The translations under genes were made by a program, and so were the position numbers. This document shows, one piece after another, positions 8,888 to 17,194 of a stretch of 64,000 bases of DNA. The notes under the pieces are model-generated. The model was given only the letters and a program-made list of their open reading frames with translations, had not been told where the DNA came from and searched no databases. Every line of letters begins with the position of its first letter. Within the stretch, counting starts at the first letter, position 1. Location of the stretch: the NCBI GenBank assembly GCA_030606565.1, contig JAUWGE010000004.1, positions 3,256-67,255 on the forward strand, in the 5' to 3' direction. Origin of the DNA: Candidatus Bipolaricaulota bacterium. Lineage in GTDB: Bacteria > Bipolaricaulota > Bipolaricaulia > UBA7950 > UBA9294.

Positions 8888-10735
8888 ATGGCAACGACCG
8901 AGCGCATCAACGAGAAGCTCGCTCAACTTCCCTCCTCTCCTGGGGTGTACCTGATGAAGGACGCGGGAGGGGCGGTGATCTACGTGGGGAAAGCCGCGGT
9001 GCTCAAAACCAGAGTCCGCTCCTACTTTCACTCAACTCAGGAGATGGAGGTAAAGACACGAGCGTTAGTGTCTGAGATCGCTGACCTTGAGGTCATCAAG
9101 ACCACCACCGAGGCAGAGGCGTTCATCCTCGAGGATAGCCTGATCAAGCGCCACCAGCCACGGTTTAACATCCGCCTGCGCGACGACAAACGCTATCCCT
9201 ACCTAAAGATCACCGACGAACCCTACCCGCGAGTGATGATCGTCCGCCGCCGACACAAAGACGGGGCCCGTTACTTCGGCCCCTATACCAACGCCAAGGC
9301 GATGCGATCGACCCTCAAGCTCGCCCAGAAGCTATTCCCAATTCGCACCTGTAACCTCACTCTCCCCTTAAAGAAGCCGCGCAGACCTTGCCTCAACTAC
9401 CATATCGGCCGTTGCCTGGGACCGTGCGCCGATATAGTGAACAAGGGGGAATACGCTCAAGCCGTCGAAGGAGCAGCGATGCTCTTCGATGGACGGACCT
9501 CTGGGTTGGTAAAGCGCCTGCGAAAGCGGATGACAGCGGCGGCCGTGGCGAAGCGGTTCGAGCAGGCAGCAAACATACGAAATCAGATCACCGCGCTTAG
9601 CCGCGCCCTCGAACGGCAGTCGGTCGCTCTCCCTGACCTCGTCGACCGCGACGCGATCGGGATCGCGATCAATAAAGATCGCGCCTGTGCCGAGGTCTTC
9701 CTCATCCGCGAGGGACGGTTATGCGGCCGGAAGACCTTTCACCTACGCGCCCCTCAAGAACCGAGTGTAAAGGAGGTCCTCTCCGCCTTCCTCGCTCAGT
9801 ACTACGCCGCGGCGACAACGATCCCACAGGAGGTCCTCCTCCCCGTGGAGATCTTAGATACAGAACAAATCAGCGCCTGGCTCTCCTCCCTACGCGGGAA
9901 GCGTGCAAGACTGAAGGTCCCCCAACGCGGGGAGAAGCACCGATTGGTCGAGATGGCGAACGAAAACGCGCGCTATTCCCTCAAAGGGGAGAGGATCTCC
10001 ACATCGCTCCGCGAAGAGTCAAGCGCCGCCTTGGCCGAGCTCGCCGAGGCGCTCTCCCTATCATCCTTCCCGCAGCGGATCGAGGCGTTCGACATCTCAA
10101 ATACGCAAGGTGGGGAGGCAACCGGGTCGATGGTCGTCTTCGAGAACGGACGTCCCCTGCGCGACGCCTACCGCCGGTTCAAGGTGCGCTTTGGAGGGAA
10201 ACCAGACGACTACGCGATGATGACCGAGGTCCTCCGCCGTCGTTTCCGCCGCGGCTTAGCCGAGTTAAACGATCCCAGCGTGTCGCGCGGGAAGTTCTCA
10301 CAGTTTCCCGACTTGTTGCTAATCGATGGGGGAAAGGGGCAACTGAACGTTGCCGTATCGGTCTTGAGCGAACTTGAGGTCGATGGGATCGAGACGATCG
10401 GTCTTGCCAAGCGTCACGAGGAGATCTTTCAGCCCGGAAAACCTGACCCGATTTGCCTTCCAGCAGAGAGCAAGGCGCTTCTCCTGCTACGCCAGATTCG
10501 CGATGAGGCCCATCGGTTCGCGATCACCTATCACCGCCGGCTGCGCGCCCGCCGCTCTCTCTCCTCGCAGCTCGATGAGATCCCAGGTGTAGGGCCAAAG
10601 AGAAGATCGGCACTGATCAAACACTTCGGCTCACTCGATCGGCTCTCGCGTGCAAGCACTGATGAGATCGCTTCCCTACCAGAGATTCCCCGCCCACTTG
10701 CCGAACGGATCGTCGAGTCGCTCGGCCGGTTCTGA
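8888..10735 (+). CDS. uvrC: excinuclease ABC subunit C
   Basis: GIY-YIG N-terminus (PGVYLMKDAGGAVIYVGKA…LKTRV), a UVR segment, the endonuclease domain (IEAFDISN…) and a C-terminal (HhH)2. The start is set at MATTERINEKL (ATG 8888) rather than the ORF-track start. Confidence 0.95.
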   Translation: MATTERINEKLAQLPSSPGVYLMKDAGGAVIYVGKAAVLKTRVRSYFHSTQEMEVKTRALVSEIADLEVIKTTTEAEAFILEDSLIKRHQPRFNIRLRDDKRYPYLKITDEPYPRVMIVRRRHKDGARYFGPYTNAKAMRSTLKLAQKLFPIRTCNLTLPLKKPRRPCLNYHIGRCLGPCADIVNKGEYAQAVEGAAMLFDGRTSGLVKRLRKRMTAAAVAKRFEQAANIRNQITALSRALERQSVALPDLVDRDAIGIAINKDRACAEVFLIREGRLCGRKTFHLRAPQEPSVKEVLSAFLAQYYAAATTIPQEVLLPVEILDTEQISAWLSSLRGKRARLKVPQRGEKHRLVEMANENARYSLKGERISTSLREESSAALAELAEALSLSSFPQRIEAFDISNTQGGEATGSMVVFENGRPLRDAYRRFKVRFGGKPDDYAMMTEVLRRRFRRGLAELNDPSVSRGKFSQFPDLLLIDGGKGQLNVAVSVLSELEVDGIETIGLAKRHEEIFQPGKPDPICLPAESKALLLLRQIRDEAHRFAITYHRRLRARRSLSSQLDEIPGVGPKRRSALIKHFGSLDRLSRASTDEIASLPEIPRPLAERIVESLGRF

Positions 10736-10900
10736 AGGACCACCGTACTGCTCAAATTTACACACAAAGGCCGCGGAATACTTGAATCTGATGCTCACTT
10801 GAGATACGTATCCAAGTAGCTTTACAGGAGTTCCTCGCTCCCACTGAACTCTGGTGTTGGATTGCAAGCCGCAATCCCATCTCTTTTCCAGCGAGAGAGG

Positions 10901-10928
10901 TTGACCACCCCTGTATTCTGACTATAAT
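10901..10928 (+). promoter_or_regulatory. sigma70-like promoter for the RelE/Phd module
   Basis: TTGACC (10901-10906), a 16-nt spacer, then TATAAT (10923-10928), ending 14 nt upstream of the ATG at 10942. Confidence 0.5.
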
Positions 10929-10941
10929 TAGGGTCATAACG

Positions 10942-11262
10942 ATGTCGAAGCGACATTTTACCCTGATTTATGCACGGGAAGTAAAAAAACAGCTACAGGT
11001 GATTGAGCGCAAATACTATGCGCTGATTCGCAACGAGATTGAAGCACAACTACAGTTTGAGCCGGATGTAGAAACAAGGAACCGGAAGCCTTTGAAGCAC
11101 ACCGTGGTCTTTGAAGCAGAGTGGGAGATACGATTTGGGCCGAACAACCGATTTCGGGTGTCCTACGAAATAGATCGGGGGCAGGAGAAGGTGTACATCC
11201 TGGCGATAGGGGTGAAAGAGGGAAATCGGTTGGTCATAGGTGGAGAGGAAGTGGAACTATGA
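10942..11262 (+). CDS. type II toxin, RelE/ParE superfamily
   Basis: 106-aa ORF with the pattern …KKQL…I…L…P……KPLK…WEIRFGPNNRFRVSYEI…VYILAIG. ATGA overlap with the downstream Phd/YefM gene. Confidence 0.7.
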   Translation: MSKRHFTLIYAREVKKQLQVIERKYYALIRNEIEAQLQFEPDVETRNRKPLKHTVVFEAEWEIRFGPNNRFRVSYEIDRGQEKVYILAIGVKEGNRLVIGGEEVEL

Positions 11263-11525
11263 AGATAGTGTCAGTAGCAGAGGTGAAGGCACGGTTCAGC
11301 GCCTATTTGAGAGCGTCCGCAGAGGGGCCGGTGGTGGTGACACGGCACGGGAAGCCGGTGGCAGTGTTGCTGCCGGTAGAAGACGAGGAAGAGCTGGAGC
11401 GGCTGATACTGGTCTACACGCCGAGATTTCGAACGATATTGAATACAGCGCGGCAGCAGATTCGGGAGACGGGAGGCGTAGAACACAAGGAGTTCTGGCA
11501 GAAGGTTGAAGCAGAAAACACGTAA
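11259..11525 (+). CDS. type II antitoxin, Phd/YefM family
   Basis: MKIVSVAEVKARFSAYLRASAEGPVVVTRHGKPVAVLLPVEDEEELERL is a canonical Phd/YefM N-terminus. The start is placed at ATG 11259 inside ORF 11121-11525. Confidence 0.8.
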   Translation: MKIVSVAEVKARFSAYLRASAEGPVVVTRHGKPVAVLLPVEDEEELERLILVYTPRFRTILNTARQQIRETGGVEHKEFWQKVEAENT

Positions 11526-11611
11526 CAGAACAAGATAGCCTACAACGATGGGTTGGATTGCAAGACGCGCCCCTATACTTTCCGCATACTTTCCGTGACA
11601 GACAGGGTCTT

Positions 11612-11722
11612 CTGCGCTTGGCTCGCACGGCTCACACACGCGATGTCGAAGAGATCGCCTCCCTCCCCGAGATTCCCTCTTCCCTCGCCGAGCGGATCGT
11701 CGAGATCCTTGGGCGGCCCTGA
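11612..11722 (+). pseudogene. displaced remnant of the uvrC 3' end
   Basis: 11642-11722 translates to DVEEIASLPEIPSSLAERIVEILGRP*. The intact uvrC ends with TDEIASLPEIPRPLAERIVESLGRF* at 10735. Upstream, LARLTHA (compare LDRLSRAS in uvrC) lies in another frame. The two nucleotide copies are clearly alignable but diverged. Confidence 0.7.
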
Positions 11723-11905
11723 AGGCCATTATCCGCAGGTCAAACGGCTGTATGATATCGGAGCCCGGTGTTTTTGCGGCATGGACTTAAGGAGTTATGT
11801 TCGAAATTCATCACTTAACGGCGGGAGTTGGGAGGCGCTACGCGCTGACCAGCAGCGGATGGTAAGCCGCCTTCACTCCAAACGTAATACTGTCGCGCCT
11901 CGGCT

Positions 11906-12520
11906 TCAACCGGCAATTTCCTCTGCCACTTTCAACGTTCGATCCGCTAGAAATTCCAATCTCCTCTGAATCTCCTTTTCGTTTATCAGTCTTCCAAAGA
12001 GGTACTCGGTCTCGAAGCCAGCGTTGTTAATGACCTCGAAACCAGCCACTTTTCTTCCCATACACTTCACCTCGTCGGCCATGATAGATGGCGTCCACTG
12101 TGCACCACTTGACAAGTGAGGGGCAGCCAGCACCATGGCACTGACCACTGACTTCTTCAACTTCTCAACAGGCGCTTCTCGGCCAAGCGCCTGTTGCCTC
12201 TGGCTGAAGGCATTCCACAGAGCGGGCGGCAAACCTCCATAATTGGGCACGAAAAGGAACAGGATATCAGCAGCCCACGTCTTCTCCCAAATAGTCCGCA
12301 CATCGTCATCCATGGGACAAGGTGCATCAACACCCTTTTGAGGGTCGAAGCGCTGCAGACATTCATAAGCACAGTGTTGACAGGGAGTAATCCGATAGTC
12401 ATAGAAGTTGACCAGTTCAGTCTCTATGCCTGCCGCTTCTAGCCGGTCTAGTACAAACCGGGCAAAATCGTAGCAGTTCCCTTGCTTCCTGGCACTGACA
12501 ACTAAACCAAGTGCTTTCAT
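11906..12520 (-). CDS. flavodoxin-like / NADPH-dependent FMN reductase family protein (Isf-like)
   Basis: 204-aa ORF starting MKALGLVVSARKQGNCYDFARFVL…, with Cys-rich CQHCAYEC and a flavodoxin-fold pattern. Confidence 0.65.
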   Translation of the reverse strand: MKALGLVVSARKQGNCYDFARFVLDRLEAAGIETELVNFYDYRITPCQHCAYECLQRFDPQKGVDAPCPMDDDVRTIWEKTWAADILFLFVPNYGGLPPALWNAFSQRQQALGREAPVEKLKKSVVSAMVLAAPHLSSGAQWTPSIMADEVKCMGRKVAGFEVINNAGFETEYLFGRLINEKEIQRRLEFLADRTLKVAEEIAG

Positions 12521-12562
12521 AGTTCCTCCTCCTCCTTTGGGATTATGGGATAGTTGCTCTTT

Positions 12563-12640
12563 CGCCTAACGTTTTGCGTGTTTGCGAAGTTGCGAAACAA
12601 TTTAGGTGAGCAGAACGAACCGCAAACACGCTGTTAGGCG
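12563..12640 (-). other. attC-like integron recombination site
   Basis: The minus strand reads CGCCTAAC-A-GCGTGTTTGCG…(loop)…CGCAAACACGC-AAAAC-GTTAGGCG. The outer arms match RYYYAAC/GTTRRRY exactly. The site starts 18 nt after the GNAT stop and ends 43 nt before the next ATG. Confidence 0.7.
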
Positions 12641-12658
12641 ATGCCGCCGATGTTCCCT

Positions 12659-13078
12659 TTAACAAGTCTTCCTCAACTCCTTAAGCACAAGAAAGGCTGG
12701 TGTTCGTCTGAATCCCTTCTTCTCCCAGAAACTAACGCTTTGCTCAGTTATGGTAGCACTAACGGTTGGCGCACCACGGCGAAAGAGCTCTGCACAAACA
12801 GCATCAATGAGCGCACTGCCAATGCCACGATTCTGGTAGTCTGGATGTATTGAAAGAAGATGAATAAGCGCCCGAGAGCCATCATAAACTGCTCTGACGA
12901 ATCCGCAAGGTTGCTCTTCTACTTCGGCAACTAGGGAAACCGCAGACTCGCAGTTTGCTACTCTCCTCATCGCTCTCGGCCCATCAATAGTGGGATATTT
13001 ATATTGGTCGTTTAATTTAAGGATTTTAATCAGACAATCTATATCAGATTCTTTGAATCTCCGTATTTGCATTTCCAT
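12659..13078 (-). CDS. GNAT-family N-acetyltransferase
   Basis: 139-aa ORF with the acetyl-CoA motif IHPDYQNRGIGSALIDAV. Confidence 0.85.
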   Translation of the reverse strand: MEMQIRRFKESDIDCLIKILKLNDQYKYPTIDGPRAMRRVANCESAVSLVAEVEEQPCGFVRAVYDGSRALIHLLSIHPDYQNRGIGSALIDAVCAELFRRGAPTVSATITEQSVSFWEKKGFRRTPAFLVLKELRKTC

Positions 13079-13149
13079 AAAGCTCCCTCCTCTTGTAGCA
13101 TGTATCGGCGGTTTCGCCTAACTTGTTGACTGGCGCAATAGCGACGGGC

Positions 13150-13285
13150 GGCCTAACGAATCGCGCATCAGCTGCGCCAAGAGTGGTACGAGCCTTGCCC
13201 GCGAAGCGGAGTGCAGGGCAAGTGACACTGCCGGGGAGCGACGCCGCAAGCGCGGGGCGTCAGCTGCATGCGCTAGTTAGAGCGC
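13150..13285 (-). other. attC-like hairpin (long), with an extra orphan GTTAGGC core at 13115-13121
   Basis: The left arm cggcctaacgaatcgcgcatcagctgcgcc pairs with the right arm ggcgtcagctgcatgcgctagttagagcg. The right arm ends 12 nt after the stop of 13297-13881. A second GCCTAAC lies 37 nt upstream of the GNAT ATG. Confidence 0.5.
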
Positions 13286-13296
13286 TCGCCTCCAAG

Positions 13297-13881
13297 CTAC
13301 TTCTGCAGGTTCGCGAACGGAAGCTGGCCATGTTCACGCCTGAACTCAGCAAGCATCAGCCGCTCGACGTCGCGAGGCTCCTCGTCACCCGTGGGCCGCC
13401 AACACACAACAAGCTCGTCGGCGTCCGCCAACTGCCAGATGAAGCGCCCGCCCCAGTGGCCCACCGGCCGTCCTGCGCCGAACTCGAGGTAGCTACGAAG
13501 TCGCTTGCGCAAGGTGGCCGCACCTTCCGATCGCCCGGCCTTGCCTACGTACAACAGCCTGCCCTCGGGAACCCAAGCACCAGCGAGATCGGCGACGGGT
13601 GCGGTCGGGTCCCTCCCCTTGAACAGACCACCGGCGCTCCGGCCCAAGAAGACCGGCGGCTCGCCTGAGTCCCGAAGCACCGCGTAGACCCCAGCGCTAT
13701 CCGGGACCTCGCTCAGCGATGACTCACGAAGCTCCCGAACCGTCATGAAGCCTTCGAAGCCACTCTGCACCAGCCGATCTCGCTCGTTCAACACCGTTTC
13801 CTCTTCGACCGCTCCATCGGCATCCGCATAACCCGCTTGGCGGTTGCGGCGTGAGCACCCTCGCCAGCCGACCAACTCCAA
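13297..13881 (-). CDS. GIY-YIG nuclease superfamily-like protein
   Basis: GVYAVL…LLYVGKAG…LRKRL…E spacing resembles the GIY-YIG motif. An alternative start is ATG 13746 (MTVRELRES). The segment is visibly more GC-rich than the neighbouring cassettes. Confidence 0.5.
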   Translation of the reverse strand: MELVGWRGCSRRNRQAGYADADGAVEEETVLNERDRLVQSGFEGFMTVRELRESSLSEVPDSAGVYAVLRDSGEPPVFLGRSAGGLFKGRDPTAPVADLAGAWVPEGRLLYVGKAGRSEGAATLRKRLRSYLEFGAGRPVGHWGGRFIWQLADADELVVCWRPTGDEEPRDVERLMLAEFRREHGQLPFANLQK

Positions 13882-14151
13882 TGCGCGTGAGAGACTTGGA
13901 AAGCGCCGAGATTAGCCAAGTCGGGTCCATGCGGTGGTTAGCGCGGCCTTTGCTTTTGCCCAACGAATTTGCTCCCCTGAGACCTCACACAAAGACGCCT
14001 TCTCGACCTGCCGACAAATCCGCTTCCCTAAACCCCCTGCTTGCACCTGAAGGCAACTCCGTTTGACGCAATGCGCCTCACTGCGCTTGCTTGTCCGAAA
14101 CAGGGTGGGCACTATATTACCCCTTCTAATAAATTCAGTGACCCTTGTTTG

Positions 14152-14258
14152 ATGCATAACGCTCCGGGTGAGGTATGGCTCTCGGCAGTACGCAAACCAA
14201 AAGCCTTTACGATAAACCCGTCAACTTCTTGTCGTTACCTTCACCCGATGGTTAAGCG
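14152..14258 (-). other. attC-like hairpin
   Basis: Arms at 14153-14175 and 14236-14258 pair at 17 of 23 positions. In minus orientation the site reads GCTTAAC…GTTATGC. It begins 5 nt after the stop of the ABM gene. Confidence 0.5.
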
Positions 14259-14262
14259 TCCA

Positions 14263-14568
14263 TTACTTTTCAAAAAACACTTCATACAGAGCTGAGGTTT
14301 CTTCTTTCTCAAGCAAGAAAGCATCATCTTCTGGGTAATACTTGGCTTTCTCGGGGTACTCCCCGGCAAACTTCTTTACTGACTCCATCGAATCCCATAG
14401 GGTAACCAACAAGAAATGCGCTACGTCCCCGTCGATTCGCCGGAGGAAATAGAGTTTCTGCAAACCGTCTATGGATCCATAGTCGGGTGCTGCTCTCTCT
14501 TTCATAAATTCGGCATACTCATCGGCTTTAGATATGTTTGTTCTTCCATGCCAAAGTCTGACGATCAT
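14263..14568 (-). CDS. antibiotic biosynthesis monooxygenase (ABM)-like dimeric alpha/beta-barrel protein
   Basis: MIVRLWHGRTNISKADEYAEFMKE…FLLVTLWDSMESVKKFAG pattern. The start is trimmed to ATG 14568 so that it does not overlap the upstream attC-like site. Confidence 0.65.
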   Translation of the reverse strand: MIVRLWHGRTNISKADEYAEFMKERAAPDYGSIDGLQKLYFLRRIDGDVAHFLLVTLWDSMESVKKFAGEYPEKAKYYPEDDAFLLEKEETSALYEVFFEK

Positions 14569-14613
14569 TCCTAACCCTCTCTTCTGGTCTTTTTGCTGTG
14601 TCAGCATACGCTT

Positions 14614-14751
14614 GGCCACCCTAACGGCACCGGGTTCAGCCGCCGCGCGGCCAATGTGGAGACATCTTCGCTCGCGAAACCAATTACGCTAACCAGCAAG
14701 CCACAAAAACACGGCGCCCAGCGCGGTCGGCTGCAACCCGTTATTAGGTGC
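14614..14751 (-). other. attC-like hairpin (degenerate cores)
   Basis: ggccaccctaacggcaccgggttcagccgccgcgcgg pairs with cgcccagcgcggtcggctgcaacccgttattaggtgc. In minus orientation the R' side reads GTTAGGG. The site begins about 10 nt after the RibD_C gene stop. Confidence 0.45.
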
Positions 14752-14761
14752 ACTTCCGCCA

Positions 14762-15529
14762 CTAGACCTTGGGGTCAACCACTGTCTCATTGATCACATC
14801 ATACTCCAGGCGAAGGTATGAGTGCTCAAGTACTTCACACCTCACAAGTCTTAGCGCTTTCAGGTCAACCAGTTCCTCCTCGCTCTGCAGGGATCGTCCA
14901 TCAATAAGGCTAGATGTTGCCCGCCCACCCACGAGTAAAGGAGCCACAACGATCATAACGTGGTCGACCAACCCCTGGCGCACGAGGGTTGCGTTCAGTG
15001 TCCCGCCAGACTCAATGATCAAGTGTTCAATACCATATTGCTGCCTTACCTTTATCAACAGGTCGGCCAAGTTCACATCTTCAGGGTAGAATATGACTTC
15101 GGCGTTATCGTGAACTGATCGCACGGAGAATACAGGGTGCGACGGGTTGTTCGTAACGATGCACAATCTCCCTACCCACTGAGCCAGGTATCGAACACCG
15201 TTCTCGTTCAGATGCGGTTTTCGGTCAATGATGAAGAAAGTCAGGCGCTCATCCTTCTCTGGAGTCTCCGTCCGTGAATTGAGCCCGATCTTCTCCATCA
15301 CTCTACCTGTGCTCAAGGAGTTCACGGCGATAGAGTATTCGATCTGATAGTACTGATGCAGACCTTCCTTGACTCCCCTTATCCTTCTCCAGTCTCGATC
15401 TGAGTCCAGAGTATCGCTTTCTCCAGATGTGATCTTGCCGTCAACGGACATAAGGAGGAAGAGGGTAGTTTCCGCGCGAGCAGTCTTCCCGAGCCCAGGA
15501 GGTGTAGGGTTGACTTGTGGAGAACTCAT
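14762..15529 (-). CDS. RibD C-terminal domain / dihydrofolate reductase-family protein
   Basis: 255-aa ORF. LFLLMSVDGKITSG… and …IIESGGTLNATLVRQGLVDHVMIVVAPLLVGG are characteristic of RibD_C-type reductases. Confidence 0.75.
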   Translation of the reverse strand: MSSPQVNPTPPGLGKTARAETTLFLLMSVDGKITSGESDTLDSDRDWRRIRGVKEGLHQYYQIEYSIAVNSLSTGRVMEKIGLNSRTETPEKDERLTFFIIDRKPHLNENGVRYLAQWVGRLCIVTNNPSHPVFSVRSVHDNAEVIFYPEDVNLADLLIKVRQQYGIEHLIIESGGTLNATLVRQGLVDHVMIVVAPLLVGGRATSSLIDGRSLQSEEELVDLKALRLVRCEVLEHSYLRLEYDVINETVVDPKV

Positions 15530-15895
15530 CTTATTGTCTCCTCTGGTTCAGTTCTGTGCAGTTCTGTGCGCCTAACAATGATTAGTCTGCAAACCTGCAA
15601 CATAATGCCAGGAGTTATATACCTTGTCAACTGCGAAGACATGGCCGTTCCACCACGTTTCTGTACAAATATCGGCAAGAAGATCCTTGCATGGAAGGAT
15701 GTAGATATGAAGCTGCTGGATCAAGTACAACAGGTTTGTCGCGCCAAGCACTACCTGATGTCGTTGCAGAACAATATCGTTTTTGTTATACTTTCGCCAT
15801 GAAATGGGGTACCTTTCTCAAACAATTCGGGAACTGCCCGGTGATCGAACCAGCAATCGTCTATGCCAGTCAGCTACACTTCATTGGTATCCGTT

Positions 15896-16231
15896 CTATT
15901 CCCTTGGTTTTATGAGTCGGTCCAGTAGAATGTCTTCTACGTTTCTCCGTGAATCGAGCACAGATAGGACGAATACATTCTTCCCTGCTGTTCTGTACAT
16001 GATCCGCCAAGGGGGAACAATCAACTCTCGATATTGCAGGATACCTTGATCTTGTAATTCTGGCACGATGCGTCCGCGCTCGGGGGAATGATAAAGTTGC
16101 GCGGCGGCTTCTTTGATTTTTTTCAGTATTCTCAGTGCGTTTGAAGGGCTGTTATTGGCTACGTAGCCTACAATATCAGCCAAATCATTCTCAGCTGTCG
16201 CAGCCCACATTACCTCGTATTTCTCGCTCAT
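15896..16231 (-). CDS. type II toxin, ParE/RelE family
   Basis: 111-aa ORF with …AENDLADIVGYV…A…I…I…L…P..G….EL……YRELIVPPWRIMYR…VFVLSVLDSRR. 4-nt overlap with the upstream antitoxin. Confidence 0.8.
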   Translation of the reverse strand: MSEKYEVMWAATAENDLADIVGYVANNSPSNALRILKKIKEAAAQLYHSPERGRIVPELQDQGILQYRELIVPPWRIMYRTAGKNVFVLSVLDSRRNVEDILLDRLIKPRE

Positions 16232-16503
16232 TTACCTGTCAGTAATTTCTCTATATTTTCAAATACACTCTTTTGAGATTTCGATCTGCCATTCTTAATA
16301 TCCTCTTCACCCTGTGAGAGAAGTTTTAAAATCCCTATAGCATTTCGCATGTTTTCATAACTCTTTGGATCCTGCAACACTGCTCTTGGTTCCCCCTTTT
16401 GCGTAATGACCACAGGGCGACGAGTCTCATTGATCTGCTTCAATAGATCCGCTGCTTTGGATTTGAGATATGTCACCGACTTGATGTCTGTCGAAATGTT
16501 CAT
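16228..16503 (-). CDS. type II antitoxin, Phd/YefM family
   Basis: MNISTDIKSVTYLKSKAADLLKQINETRRPVVITQKGEPRAVLQD. The start is set at ATG 16503, preceded by GGAGGTGG. The longer ORF-track start at 16794 is rejected. Confidence 0.8.
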   Translation of the reverse strand: MNISTDIKSVTYLKSKAADLLKQINETRRPVVITQKGEPRAVLQDPKSYENMRNAIGILKLLSQGEEDIKNGRSKSQKSVFENIEKLLTGK

Positions 16504-17194
16504 CACTACCACCTCCGGCCTTTTTATGGTATCAAATTCAGACCGTAAGTCAAGAGTAACAACTCTCTCTGGGATGGAGGCGACGGTGGGGATGAGCATA
16601 CGAAACTTCGAGAGACGATCAGGTGCATAGATGATCTCGCTGATGATAACCAGAAGGGCAATGGGGCCTGGACTCCCCACCCCACGAACGAGGGCTATAG
16701 CGTGGCAACCATAATCGTTGCAGAAGAATATCATTTGTGTTGTTTTTCTACCATGAAGTGAGGAACTTCTCCGCAGCTCAAAATGAGCACTCAATCGTAC
16801 GCGATAGACTGGAGAAACTCGACTGGCTCGCCGTTTCAGAGGACGTTTCCGCCTTCCTCGAACATCCTGCCGAACGGTCCCTCCTCACCAAAAGGACGCT
16901 CCTAGCCGCGTTAGAGCGCGCAGAGGGAGGGATTGATTAATTTAACGAGTGAGTGAGTGAGTGATTTAACATCTCAATCTCCCGATCATCCAATCTCTCA
17001 ATTTCTCAGCGCCCTCTGCGGTAAAAGGCTTGGGTAGGGTTTGGGCTTGAAACTGAGTAGCGGAAAAGATTTACTCAAATAGGCTGCCATAGCTCCTCCA
17101 TTTGGAGTAAGATCCCAAGGGCGATTCCTTTCTCTGATTGCAAGAGTAAAACCGCTCTCTATAATCTTCCTTGACTTCGGAAGGAGGCTTTTTT

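Noticed and set aside
11800-11910. Possible attC downstream of the flavodoxin-like cassette (GTTGGGAGGCGC … GCGCCTCGGCTTCAAC).
   Set aside because: The arm polarity is GTT…AAC, with the cores on the outside. This is the opposite of the attC convention RYYYAAC…GTTRRRY, and the stem is short.
16938-16969. (GAGT)4 microsatellite flanked by two ATTTAAC words. I considered it as a CRISPR-like or attI-like feature.
   Set aside because: It is a single short tandem repeat with no spacers. There is no integrase or cas genes, and no pairing partner for the RYYYAAC-like words.
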